Part shown: positions 39,427-52,267 of the stretch, piece after piece
Layout: each line of letters opens with the position of its first letter
Position numbering within the stretch: position 1 is the stretch's first letter
Assembly: GCA_043228905.1 (NCBI GenBank)
Contig: JBHGNT010000003.1
Location: 20,894,001 to 20,958,000, forward strand
DNA length: 64,000 bases
Origin: Azolla caroliniana
Lineage: Eukaryota > Plantae > Polypodiophyta
Reading direction: 5' to 3'
Translations under genes and position numbers: made by a program
Notes under the pieces: generated by a model
The model's database searches: none
What the model saw: only the letters and a program-made list of their open reading frames with translations
What the model was told of the DNA's origin: nothing

Positions 39427-40761
39427 TATGACTCCACACCCTGACAATAGTTTGGGATCACACTCTGAGTGCGGAAATTAGAGAAGTATAGGAGGTTCAA
39501 AACTCCCCTTCTCTTTCTTCAAAATAAATGCAATGTATGAGGATCATCAACCCATCAAGATAGAAGACCTTGTTAGAATCTCTTCCCCCCTCCAATAGTG
39601 CCAAAAACACATTCTACTATCCATCTTTTTCCATGGCGCCCACATTTATCCCGAAATAGATTATTTTGATAGATAGAAATATAAATAGATGATTTGGTAG
39701 ATAAATTGAGAGAGCCAAATGAAGTAATGACTCAGTTGGGGTTGAATGAATGTAAAACGGTGGAAACAGGGGAGCTATGGCTAAGAGAGAGAAGAGAAGA
39801 GAAGAGCAGAACAGAGAGGTCAAACAAAAAGGGAGAATAAATTAGTGGGTGATTAAGACAGCCATGAGGAGGATTAGGACAGAGACTAAGAGCAACCCAT
39901 ACATGAAATCAACCTGATTTCAAGTAATTATTGGATTAAGAGCTAACAACCGTTTAGTTAAGGGACGGTTAAGAAAACCAACAAGAGGATTAGGCTGAAT
40001 TTGGCCAGCTGAAATTAGTGAAAATGGTTTAAGCTAGCTAACGTAGAGATGAAGGATGGGGATGAACGACCCAACAAATGGATGAAGGACAGATTAAGAG
40101 ACTCGAAAGAGAGAGTAAGGATTGGATTAAATAACCCAAGTTAGGAATTACGGACAGATTAAACATGAAAGAAAGATTGAGAATTGGATCGATGGACACA
40201 AAACTTGAACTAAATGATGGGGAGCATTGAAAGAACCCCTTTTATTCGACTGAACCTGAGCAAAGGGATTCAGGCGAGATTAAGAGAGGTTAGTGTGGGG
40301 GATTAGGGATGAGAATAAGATCCAATGGGGTGATTAAAAGTAGATTGGCGACGTCAAGACCTAGATTAAGATCAGCTAAGAGAGGGATCAAGGATTGGAT
40401 CAAGATTCAGAAGGAGGGATTAAGAGCAGATAAAGGGATTAATGGAGAGATTAAGGTTGACTTAGGAGCCCCAGAAGAAGCGAAATAGCATTACGAAAAG
40501 CTTAATCAAGGGCAGATTACAAAATAATCAAGCTAAACTTGAGGGTTAAAAATTAAAAGACTCTTAATTTAAGAGGGAATCCCAAAGGCATCAAAAGAGC
40601 AAAATAAAAAAATGAACGGAAAAAAAATAAGGAGGAAAAAGGAGGTGACTGGCCACAGCGGGTCATCTTGGCGGAGGCCACCGGCTCGGCCGGTCGTCTA
40701 CCTCATTTCCTAACAGAATCTTTCTTAGTGCAGAGAATCTTCATCCATTTCGATCAGTTTT

Positions 40762-41357
40762 TAACCCTAATCCTTCCCTAATTCACAGCCCTGATCTGCT
40801 TTTTCAGAACCCTAATTTCTACAGAGCCTTTCCGAAACTCCTCCTAACCTAAAGTATAAAACCCCCCCTCATTTCTTTGTAGAACTCTGCCCCAAACTCA
40901 AAACCCTAATTTCGTTTTGAAAAGCCTTGCTGTTTCTCCAAAAACCCTAATGCCTATGAAATGCCTAATTCCCACAATATCTTTTCTCCATACACCCTAC
41001 ATTCTGTAAAAATAAATAAATAAACCATAACATACACGAGCTTTGTCAAATACCCTAATTCCTACAGAACTTTTATTTTCCAAACTCCAAACCCTAATTT
41101 TCCATTTCATTTCCTTTCTGACAATTGCCCCCCGCCAGAAAAAGGGCCGAAATTCCCACTTTCCCTGCCAATGTCTACAGAAAAAGAAAACCCTAATTTC
41201 TGCACTGCAAACGAGTTCCTTTCTTGGAAAAGAAAAGTACAAAGAAAGGGGTGGGGGGGGGGGGGGGGGGGCAGCCCTAAAATCTAATTAAAATAGAACA
41301 AAAGCTAAATCTTTACAGAAAAGCCTTCTAGCTGCCATGGAAGGAGAAACCCTAATT
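40762..41357. promoter_or_regulatory. Cluster of telo-box-like (A)ACCCTAA motifs in the ARF upstream / 5' leader region
   Basis: About 8 ACCCTAA(T) copies within 600 bp, next to a (GA)n tract at ~41387-41408. Confidence 0.5.
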
Positions 41358-41601
41358 AAGGACAGACTGTCTGTCTTGCTTGTGCAGAGAGAGAGAGAGA
41401 GAGAGAGAGGACTCAGCAAAGTGTGGGGTTGGGGGTTGGAGATGGGAGGGGTATCTCGGTAATTTCGAAAGCCTCAGGTGGTGGGGGAGGTAGAGTAGAG
41501 AGTGATGATAAAATCCCGGACATTTCCCAGAGTGCCCGCCCAAAGCCGAATGAAATCACATCAACAGGCTTCACCCAAATCTGATCATATATGGGGCTAT
41601 T

Positions 41602-41860
41602 TACGAATCGGCAACAACTCAACTCAAGCCTGAATCGAACCGTTAAAACCGTTTTTGAATGGTTTGGCGTTTCGATTCGGTTTGGTTTAGGCTTGAGCTT
41701 CCTTATACAATTTGAGCTCGGTTTGGGATTGCTCACGCAGAACCGATTTGGACCAAACTGGTTTCTTAGACAGTTAAGGCTTAACCAGTTTAAGCTCAAC
41801 CTGTTTGGTTTGGACCAGGCCAAACCGGTTAAGCCGAAACTGAACCATTACCGATTCCTA
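41602..41860. mobile_element. hAT-type MITE upstream of the ARF gene
   Basis: TIR TACGAATCGGCAA / TTACCGATTCCTA. Perfect 8-bp TSD GGGCTATT at 41594-41601 and 41861-41868. AACCG/CGGTT motifs as in the MITE at 10748. Confidence 0.85.
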
Positions 41861-43873
41861 GGGCTATTATATTTGCTTAATGTTGCCGTAGACAATGATA
41901 GGTGAAGATTTTATTCTCGTGGTGGTCATCATGTAAAGCCTTTCTAATATGTCCGAAACGACAAATCAGATCGAGAGGCTAACTCAACGGAGCCCCAACT
42001 CATAAGAAGCCTTAAATTTCGAAGTTGTTCCGATGCTTGAGGAGCATATGCATCTTAATAGCTTGTTTATAGATTAAAGTGCATAGGAATTTCTGTGGTG
42101 ATTAATTACTTTAGGACGAGCCTCCAGTAAAAACCTATGCTTGAGTAAGGTTGAATTATGCATGTATTTTTCATTTCCATCTCTGCATTAAAATTTTAAC
42201 ACATACTTTTATCAGAACAAAATGTTACCGTTTAGGAAGAAGAACGAAAAGGGTTATGGGGTTTGAGTTGAAACCAATGAATGGATCTATCTGTATGCCT
42301 TCGAGATTGGATCATTACAACGAAGAGTCATTGTAACAAACAAATATTGATATCCTGACTTTGAGATCATTTACACTAACGAGTCAAAATCAATGAGTAA
42401 TGAGTGATTGCAACAAGCATTCAGGTCTAACCTTTCCAATTCACTACAAAAAAAAAAGCATTCACATTTTGACTTTTTAGATTATTACGCTGACAATTAG
42501 CCAGCACCTTTCCTCATGGACTTTGGCTTTTACATAGTTCGCTTTCAACGACCCGAACATTGTAAATGCTCAAAAAAAATTATTATGTTTGCAAAGTGTC
42601 AGTATTCTTACACAATGGTCATCATACATAAGGTTCGTCATTAACTTATCTACGACAGAAATCCATCATTAACTTGTTTGCTCTACGGATTCCTTTACCC
42701 CCCTCCTTCAATCTTATGCTTTAATTAATGGTTTTGCGAATGAGAGTCTACCCGCACATGTTCTCTTGTTTCTTACATGGGTTTGAAATAAAACCTTCAA
42801 ATGTTTCTCTTTCCATTGTCTTGTCTTAATGACTCGCTTCCAAAGCTTTTTGTGTATCTTCCCACACCTCCAAAAATCACTCTAATTTCAAAAGCCATTT
42901 TCTCCAATTTGCCTCGATTAATTACCCTATTTGCTTGAACTTATCTAGGAAAATGTAAACTTATAGTTACCATTGTCCTTCAAATTTTAAGAGCTTTCCC
43001 GTTTATGTTTTTTAATTGCTATTCCCTTCAAAAATCCCATAGTCTAGAGATTTATTGTCTTGGTTTCAAGATTATGTATGGCCCTTTTGTGCCTTCATAG
43101 GGACCCTAGTGCACCCACATTTCTCTAGTGTTTCCTATTTTTTATGTAGACCTCATGGACACATTGCCGCTTGAGGTGACACACATATTACCATACAAAC
43201 ATTGTAGTTGATGTCATCCCTTCCTTAAATAATGCACAATCCACTAAAAAGGAAGGAACCATAAAGGTTGGTTTCGACCCATTGCACATTCTGAATTGTG
43301 GCTCATATGACTCTCATATGTCAATCAGCTTTGGGAATAGGGACTCTCAAGAGTCATGGTCACTTCAATATCTCGAGCGAACAAAGATGTTTGCTTTGTT
43401 GTACCAAATAGATCATATAATTCATTTGATCAAAGTTGGCAATGAAACATGTTGTGTTTCATCCCACTTGGCTCAAATTTTGGCAATGTATGGTGGGTTG
43501 AACCTATTAATAACAAGATTACATAGCATTGTCCCCTATGACAATTCATATACTATATTCAACGGGTGTTATGAGTGATGATACCTCTTGTAGCATAATT
43601 TACTAAACATGATAAGAAAAAAAGAACCCTTCCATGTCATTAATGTAAGGGTTATAGCATGGTATTATCTAATACTTCAAATGCATAAACAAATGAATAG
43701 TGTATAAAACAAAGAATAAAAGGTGAATATGAATTTAAACTCTAACAAATGAGTTGCCCGTAAAACCAAGAAAAATATGGGTGAAATGAGGTCCTTATTA
43801 AAAGTTTAGGAAATCTATTTCTTTTTGTAAATGTGCAGTGCACATTGTGTATGCGCATATGTGTGTGCAAGAG

Positions 43874-43875
<2 letters not shown>

Positions 43876-43935
<60 letters not shown>

Positions 43936-43950
43936 TGTGTGTGTGTGTGT
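43876..43950. repeat. Compound (GA)n(GT)n microsatellite
   Basis: Read directly from the sequence. Confidence 0.95.
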
Positions 43951-46900
43951 ATGTGTTTGCATATCCATGTTATGGGGTTGGAAAGCAATTTTACTCCTCG
44001 AGTTTGCAACTAAAATCAATCTTGTACGCAAGATATATCTATCTTAGTTGCTTTATGCAATGAATATGTGACACAAAGTTTGGGGATTTCGATTGTTTCT
44101 CCATGGGATGTGGGGATGTGTCTTTGCCCATGAAGAAGGTATCTTGATGCTCGCTTAGCACCAACTTGATTGGTTTTGTAGGGAAAAAGTGATGAAGCAT
44201 CTCAAGTGGGCCATAGATGGATGATGTTCGAGGTATTCTATGAGGCTTGAAAGTATCCATCGTTGCATAGTTTGTTAAGAGTCATTGTTGTGATGACCAC
44301 ATGAATATCATATATATTTATATATGGTTGTCACTTGTTTTTGCCTAAATTCCCATCATGCATGAGGCAATAACGAGGTGATCCACCTATAATGTCCTAT
44401 AACATCCTCTTGCATTGTTATCCCACTAAATATTCAAGAACGTGCAATTCCATCTAGAATATTGAAGTTAATTCTCTTGCCTAACTATCCGTTATGTGTT
44501 AGTGAGAAAGAGGTATGATTTCCATATTGTGGAAGGGAGCCCTTGGCCTATTGTAGCATTCTATGTCAATGATGAGTTCTACCATATGTAAGAGAATGTA
44601 AGAGAGTTTGGAGCATCAATTTGGCATTCCAAGCCAATACTAGTTGGGGATCTCTCTTGTTGAGTTTCATCCTTTTTCAGTTGCATCCTTCATGGCACTG
44701 TATTTATCTATCTTCAATATATTTGATAGATCCATTTCCAAATATTTGACATTCTCTTGTTCCTAGTTTCATGACAATAAGGTATTGGATGCTGAAAAAA
44801 TAAAAAAGTATAATAATCATAACAAATGTGGTCACAATTGATGAAAATATATTATCTTCTTAGATGCAAGATGAAGACATAGCTTTACTGTGCATCAAAA
44901 ATCCATGTCACATGACTTTCAATACCTTGTGTTTAAACAACAACACACTCATCCATTATTGGATGAAACTTGACTTCAAGATTGGCATATCTTTTCATAT
45001 GGTTTGTAGCCAAATTTGTGGTTGGATGTGATATGTGCTGTATAAAAACTCATTGCTTCATTAAGAAACTACGGGGTCAAAGGATGGTGAAAAAATTGTG
45101 GCTTCTTAAGGGATGTCTATTTCTTTGGCTATGTCTAATTTGGATCTTGCATGTTGGTATTTGTTACACTCGAGATAATTTGCTTCAATCACTTATAGGA
45201 GCTATGGCAAAAAGCATATGAAACCCTTTTATAGCTAGTCTAGACTCGTCCCCATACAATACTTTCCTTACAACAAGCTATTCACTATCGTAATTTATGG
45301 TTCCACGCTCATCAAATCCAAAATCTTGTTGATTCTTTGAGGTTTTTTAGCATGGAACCTTGAGCCCATGGTTATCTTTTTTCCATGGGTTTGATACTAG
45401 GGTCACTTGTAAGAGGTGTGGACAAGCATATGAAATCCTTATTCAATTGATTTGTGTTTGTCCTCATACAATACTTTCCTTGCAACTAGTTGTCCATTGT
45501 AAACAATAATGGTTCCATGCTCATCAAAACCAAAATCTAGTTGTATCTTTGGTTTTATTGGCATGGGAATTTGAGCCCTTTGCTATATTTTTTCCATGGG
45601 TTTGACACGTGGTTATGTGGACAACATTGCCTATTCGTAGTGAAAAAACTTTAGATTCATATTGGTTTAATTGGGGTTTCTCCCGAGACCCTTTACGTGT
45701 TTCATGACTCATAACATTGGTGTGATGTTATTTATGCCCTATTTTTCAATGTTTCTTACTAGGCATGTATCCTTTATGGATTTTCACCTCACTTACAAGT
45801 TTCCTACCTATAAGATTATGCAATGTTCAACAACAAAATATATGTATGTCAATATTCAACATGGGACTAAATTTGGTGAAAGTGCAAGTCTTTAAGTTTT
45901 TACATTTCAAACGCCAAAGAAGGCATTGATTGGATAATACAATTGTCTCCTTATATGACAAACCATGTGAAGGCTCTTAAACACCTATGTTTGTGTGATG
46001 TGCCTTTATTTTTAAAGAATCTCCACAAATGAAGGTTATAGACAATATCGAAAGTTCATTGTTAAAGAAAGTAGTTTTCCTTTAGATGTGATTATTGTCA
46101 TTCAAGCTACTACATGGGCAATCCTACAATCTCGTTGCCCTTGCCACATGCATATGAAACAACATTTCAACTAATAAGGGCTCCTCTGGCTAGATTATTA
46201 CAACAAATTCCTTATCATCTTCCACATTAGTTTTTGTTGCTCATAAAAGACTCGACAAGTTTTTGGGGCAATGTGGAAAATATGGATATTTTACAACCGT
46301 TTGCACTATGGTCAGCCTATCTCTGACATATATCAAAGCTTTTGGTTTTCACTAGGAAAGAAAGAAATAGAGGATCCTTGTTTATGCCATCTTCGTTGAG
46401 GTTTTCTAGAGTGAAAATAAATATAGTGATGCACCTGTCATTTCGCTCTGATAATCTGTCATGGGTTTTCCCTATAGTAATATTGGTATTACAAAAGCAA
46501 GTGTTTGTGTGTGCAAGGTTCAGGAACAGAACGAGGCCCAAGACATTGAATGATCTTTTCTCTCCGTAAGCTTTAAATGCACAATTTCTTGCTTCTCGCC
46601 GGATAAAAATGTACATTATGATTTGTCGACCACCTTGTATATCTATTGTGAAGTGGATATACAAGGTCGTCAAACCTTATGATTCGTAGACCACTAACTT
46701 CCTTGAAGCAAGTGGGGACAAAAAATAGATAGTCCCCTATTCAACATATTTTTAAAATTCCCGAAGTTTTAAGAACCGGTAACGTTAATGAAACACTCTA
46801 TAAATGTTCACATTTGCAATATTGTTAAAAATAAGTAATAATGTCAAAAGTGTTAGCTAGTTCATCTCACAACCCAGAACATTGGTTGAACTTGCTACAT

Positions 46901-47254
46901 GAAAGAAGTTTGGTTTTGGATCCCAATTATATTGTGGAACAACCAAGAATCATATGAAATATAAAGTTGTCCAAATAGATTTGATTAACTATACGTGTAC
47001 ACTAACAAATAAAAGGAACTGGTAAATTAATAATTAGTGTTAGCTACAACAAGCCTAAAATATTGTTTGGACTTACTCATCAAGAGTAATCTTGCTCGTG
47101 GGCCAAATGCATAGATAGAGTGACAGTAGCAACGTAAATTAATGAATTAATCTTTATCTTCTCGCACCATTTCATTATGACTATCTCTAACATGTCGGAT
47201 TTTATATGAATGAAATAGTTTTTTTTTTTCTAAACAAAACATCCTTACATAAAC

Positions 47255-47900
47255 TACAACATTATGCTTTCCATAGAGATTGTGAAACTATTGAAGCCAA
47301 TCTATATCACAATTCCTCCATCCATCACAAAATCTAATTTCATTTTAGTATGTACAACCAATTCTCCCTTGTTGCCACATGCTTTCTACATACCACAAAA
47401 TGTTATCATATATGATATTAGGTAAGAGGAAGCCTTGCACAAGCATTTGAGGATAAAATTGTATAGCATCCTCATTCTTATCTTGGTCAGTATAGCCCAA
47501 TAACATGGCAGTCCTTTGTACTACATCTCCAACCAGCAATAATTCATCACAAAGCTATTGGGCTTCAATTATTACTCAGCAAATGCAAGCATAGTGACAG
47601 TTGATGTTGATATGCTTAAATAATCTCGGAATGCATTAGCACATCAACTACAACGTTATGCTTCTTGTAGAGATTGTGCTACGATTGAAGCCAATCTATC
47701 CCACAACTCCTCCATCCATCACACAATCTAATTTCATTTTAGTATGTACAATCAATTCTCTCATGTTGCCACATGCATTCAACATGCCACATGAATGAAA
47801 TAGTATTTTGATATGTTATTAGGGGCATCCTCTCTCCATTTGCGTTGTAGATGCATCTACATGGAATGGTTGAACACATGTTGTGAGCATGTCATTGATC
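47255..47900 (-). pseudogene. Decayed pentatricopeptide-repeat (PPR) gene fragment with an internal duplication
   Basis: DVVQRTAMLLGYTDQDKNEDAIQFYPQMLVQG...(L)KACGN resembles a PLS-class PPR motif. 47255-47385 is repeated at ~47645-47780. Frameshifted. Confidence 0.65.
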
Positions 47901-49784
47901 AATCGATTACTCAAGTAGTTCACGTTCAATCAATTAAACGTCCACATTCAATCATTTTAAGCATTAATCATTTCTCTTGCGGACCTTCTACGTGTCGCTT
48001 CTTACCATTCCAAGCCTCATGCATCTCTATGTCCTTGACTTTGGCTTGTAACAACTTATAGGTATATCAAAGCAGTTATTTTGGCTATGACAAATCTACT
48101 AGTATGGATTGAGAACCAATTTGATTTTTAAAACTCCCAAAGTTTGAGATTTGTTCATGGTAATCCACCAACTTTCATAGTGAGAATATTTGGCAAGAAT
48201 TAAGAATAACGGTTGAGTTGTTAATTATTGCATGGCACATGCCTAAAAATATTGGTGCCACAATTGTTACATAACTAAAACCTTTTGAAGTTGCCCACAA
48301 TGTTTTCAATTTTTGTTAACAAAATCCTTTAGAAAATATAAGGAAGCTTTTACCTAAGGTCGCCCCTATATTAATCTTCTAAAAAATGATTAATCATCCA
48401 AAAAGACCTAAAAAATTTAATGTCCAAACATATGTGTGCCGAAGTTAGATTTTATGATGGAATAATGATTAAAAACAGAATATTTGTTTTTACCACCCGT
48501 ATATCTATTTTCAATGATCCTCAAGTGCCACTTTATTATGTAAGTTCAATCTATGTCAAGGCCTCACGAGTCACAACTTTTTTACCCATATGTTCAACTC
48601 CTACACCAGGCTACAAAGGAGTTGTACCCTAAATTGATATTCACTCTGTTCACCACTATTCTATTATGATTATACATATTAGTAAGCGATCTTTGCTTCA
48701 CCCATGCACCAAGTTTCAAATTGGGCTAATCCCACTAGTTTGTCGTATTACAATGCAATATGTAGGATTGAACACATGATGGTTTGGTCTCGACAACATT
48801 ACCCCTATTAGAGCTCTTTGTCTCTTGAGTACAATGCTTGTACCCTTATTTTGTACAAATCCATTCACTTAAGGTTAAACTTATTAACTACTCTTTTATA
48901 TTACAACTTTTTATATCTCACTAATTGATCTTGTTTACTAAATGCCTTTGTAGAATGGAAGCTGAATACATGATGTTTTGGTTTGAACAAGACAAAATTA
49001 CTTGTTGGGCTTACATCTGCCTATTATTGTGGAAACTAGGCTTAAGTAATCAAAACCAATTAAATCATGCCTAATTATTTCAAGAGTTTTCATGCCTTCT
49101 AACCTTGCCTTTGTCTTTTTGTTATGTTGCCAAATCACTTCTAACATTTTTTTGTATCCCATCAGTGCTCCTCAATGGAAATCATGGTGCTTGATTGGTA
49201 GAGCAAAGTGGCCCATAATGGCAAGAGACAAGCACAATAGAGAGAGCTTAATCTTTTATGCACAACATGATCTTTTAATGAGCGTTGAACATTGAACCTT
49301 ATCAACCTCATGTTTCTTTTGCGACAACTTTTCATTTAGCTAACCAAATCAACAAAATTGTGCTACCAGTGCATGAAACCTTAAAATAGTTACTTGTACT
49401 TTAGGCATGTAAATAAGGAAATCCAAAAAACAATTTTTACACAAGACCTTTGGGTTTTTGCTCTCTCTCATAAGTTCTTTTGTGATTTCTCGTCAACAAG
49501 TGACCAAACTCATATTTGTTTCCTAGCATTTGATTTGTCCTAGTAATTGTTTAAAAAAAATTCATGCCCCAACCACTCTCATTCATTTAAAAATTTCATC
49601 AATGTTGTTTTTGGCATAAACCTATCAATCTAGGTTCAAATTTTCACTAAGTACAATCCTTTACTCCATACCAATGTGGAATGTCGGTGTTGAATGAATG
49701 ACTTTAAGGGTCAATGATTGGATAACCTTACCCATGCATCCAAGTTTCAAATCACAAAATCTTTGCTACATTACTAGATTCCTT

Positions 49785-50345
49785 GAGGCATGTAGAGATT
49801 AATAGATGAAACCAAATGGTCTTATGGATTGAGATACAAGTGACAAGGCTCTCTCTTTGTCTTATATATGTGTGGTTTTCGTATGAATCCGTTCTCTTTG
49901 TCTTATGTTACATGGTCGTGCCCTTGTTTCTGTAAGCTAGAAAGCGGTATATTCTACACTAGACGGTTCAAATTGCACTAAACACACCACATTACTAGAT
50001 GCCTCTTTGCAATGTATAATTAAACACATGGAGTTCTTATCTCAATATGATATGGTTCTACATTGAATTACATTTTTCTAGGATTTCTTCAAGCATGTAG
50101 GGATGAAACATGAAGTTCTAGTCTAAAGCAAACAATGTTGCAGACTGAGATACAAATGACAAGGCTCTCCTTTTGTCTTATGTATGTGTAGTTTTTGTAT
50201 GAATCTGTTCTCTTTGTCTTATGTTATAGGGTTGCATGCTTGTTTTTGTAAGAAAGAACGTGATATATTCTACATTAGATGGTTTCGAATCGCACTAGAC
50301 AGAATACAATACTAGATGCCTCTGTGCAGAGTATAATTAAACACA
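49785..50345. repeat. Two diverged ~310-bp direct repeats
   Basis: TGAGATACAA(G/A)TGACAAGGCTCTC...ACTAGATGCCTCT...TATAATTAAACACA occurs twice. Confidence 0.8.
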
Positions 50346-51973
50346 AAAAGTTATTTGCCTCTTTGTAAACACACGATGCTCAAAAGATCTAAAAACTATA
50401 TGGTCTATGGCATATTGAAAAAAGGCAGGGATGGAACTTAGCCCTAAAATGTGAAGTGATTGAGTCTTGTGGGAAGAACTTTGGGATGTTATACATTATT
50501 GTTTGTAGGTACATAGATTGAGAAAGAAAAAGCTATATTTCACCCAAGCCATTGTATACACACCGGTTGATCTCCAAGACAACATGATACTAACAACACA
50601 TCAAATCCCCAAGACGAAAAAACTTCATCATCGAAAATAAAAATCCCACACGACTTATGAAGCACATAACAAAAAATCCCAATCATAAGCATACATTTTC
50701 CACGGGACGAAGACTATGCACATCACAAATTTTCACTGTTGAGGGTTCCCATAGAATAAAGGAGAAGGCCTAAATGAGATAATCCCACAAGTTGAAGCTC
50801 TTATTGTTCAAGAAACATGGGATTAGGATGCATATAGTTCATTGCACATTAAGGGTTTTGTAACATATGTAGATGCCACACATGAAAATGAGAGCTCCTA
50901 GAGGGATAACACTTATATCCAAAGGAAATTACAATACACAATCAATATTTTCAAATGAAACACTCATAAAAGATATTGGGCAAAGGTTTGTGCAATAAAA
51001 ATGCTAATATTTTTATATAGTGAAGATGGTGTGAGGATCGAAGCAGATGGTGTGAGGTGTGGAGGACATAGTTCATCTTGTTTATAGGGAGATTATTACA
51101 AGTACATTTCAATTTTCGTGGAGATGAAGACCATGGTCGTTTTGATTTGGGAGATGATACATTTTTGGTTTGGGAGATGATACATGGGGGCTATCCAAGG
51201 TAGCCCATCACGTTTTACCCAAGCGTTAGGTGCATCATGGACTATTTTGGTGTCTTCAACTATTGGTACAAAACATTTGTCAAATAGCATCACCCTAATG
51301 GACAGTCAGGTGATGGTGAACAACTCCAGTATTGGCAAAATCAAAGGCATATAAGGAGTTTTTAGTCTACTAGCCAGGGTGGACAACTGGGATATGTTGA
51401 CTAGGATTACCACCAAGATATGTAAACATATGTATTCTCTTGGACCACAGGAATTTGTTTATAGGTTGTGAATGGGTCTTGTTGGCAAAGGTTGAGAGAG
51501 TTTTCATGGACATAATTAGCCTTATCTTGCCAAACGTCATCGTTTATATTTGGTCTTTTTATAGACACTTATGGAGTAGAAACTATTATGTACAAATTGT
51601 ATATTGCCTTTGGCATTGTTAATTTTAATACCAATGGAGTATAGTTTTTGTGGAAAATAAAAATAAAAACGCCAATATATGTGGATATTGCACTAGTACA
51701 TTTTGCATAGGGAGTTGTCATGATATGGTTCATGCTTTTGTGTTAGACAAGTGTCTTTTGCAGAAATATGAGTAGAGATTGCTAAACATGCTAATTAAGG
51801 GAAAGTGTTGGTCACTGGAAACATGAATGCATGGATCAAATATATACATGTAGATATCACAAAATTCTTAATATGACATGATAAGTATGAGGAATTGTAA
51901 GAACCTTGTAGCTATCAATAGAACAAAACCTTTGTGGCTCAAACAAGTGAACATGCTAGTTGTGTCATTGACT

Positions 51974-52267
51974 CATTGTTGTAAAATACTTAGCATAAAA
52001 TACATGTAGAATACGTATTCTACGTATTCTAACTTAAAAAAAAAAAAACTTAGAATACGTATTTTATAGATAAAATACATAAAATACTTAGAATATGTGT
52101 AGAATACTTCTTAAAATTTAAAGTTTTTTTTTCAAAAAATATTTAAAATTAAAATATTCTTTTGAAATGATAAATACTTGTTAAATACATAGAATATGTT
52201 AGATTTAAAAAAACGGCAGTTCTAAAACGTACTCTAAATGTAGAATACACGTTTTTTAACAACTATG
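51974..52267. mobile_element. Old hAT-type MITE
   Basis: TIR CATTGTTGTAAAA / TTTTAACAACTATG. Degenerate 8-bp TSD CATTGACT / CATCGAGT. Internal GAATACGT motifs. Confidence 0.6.
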
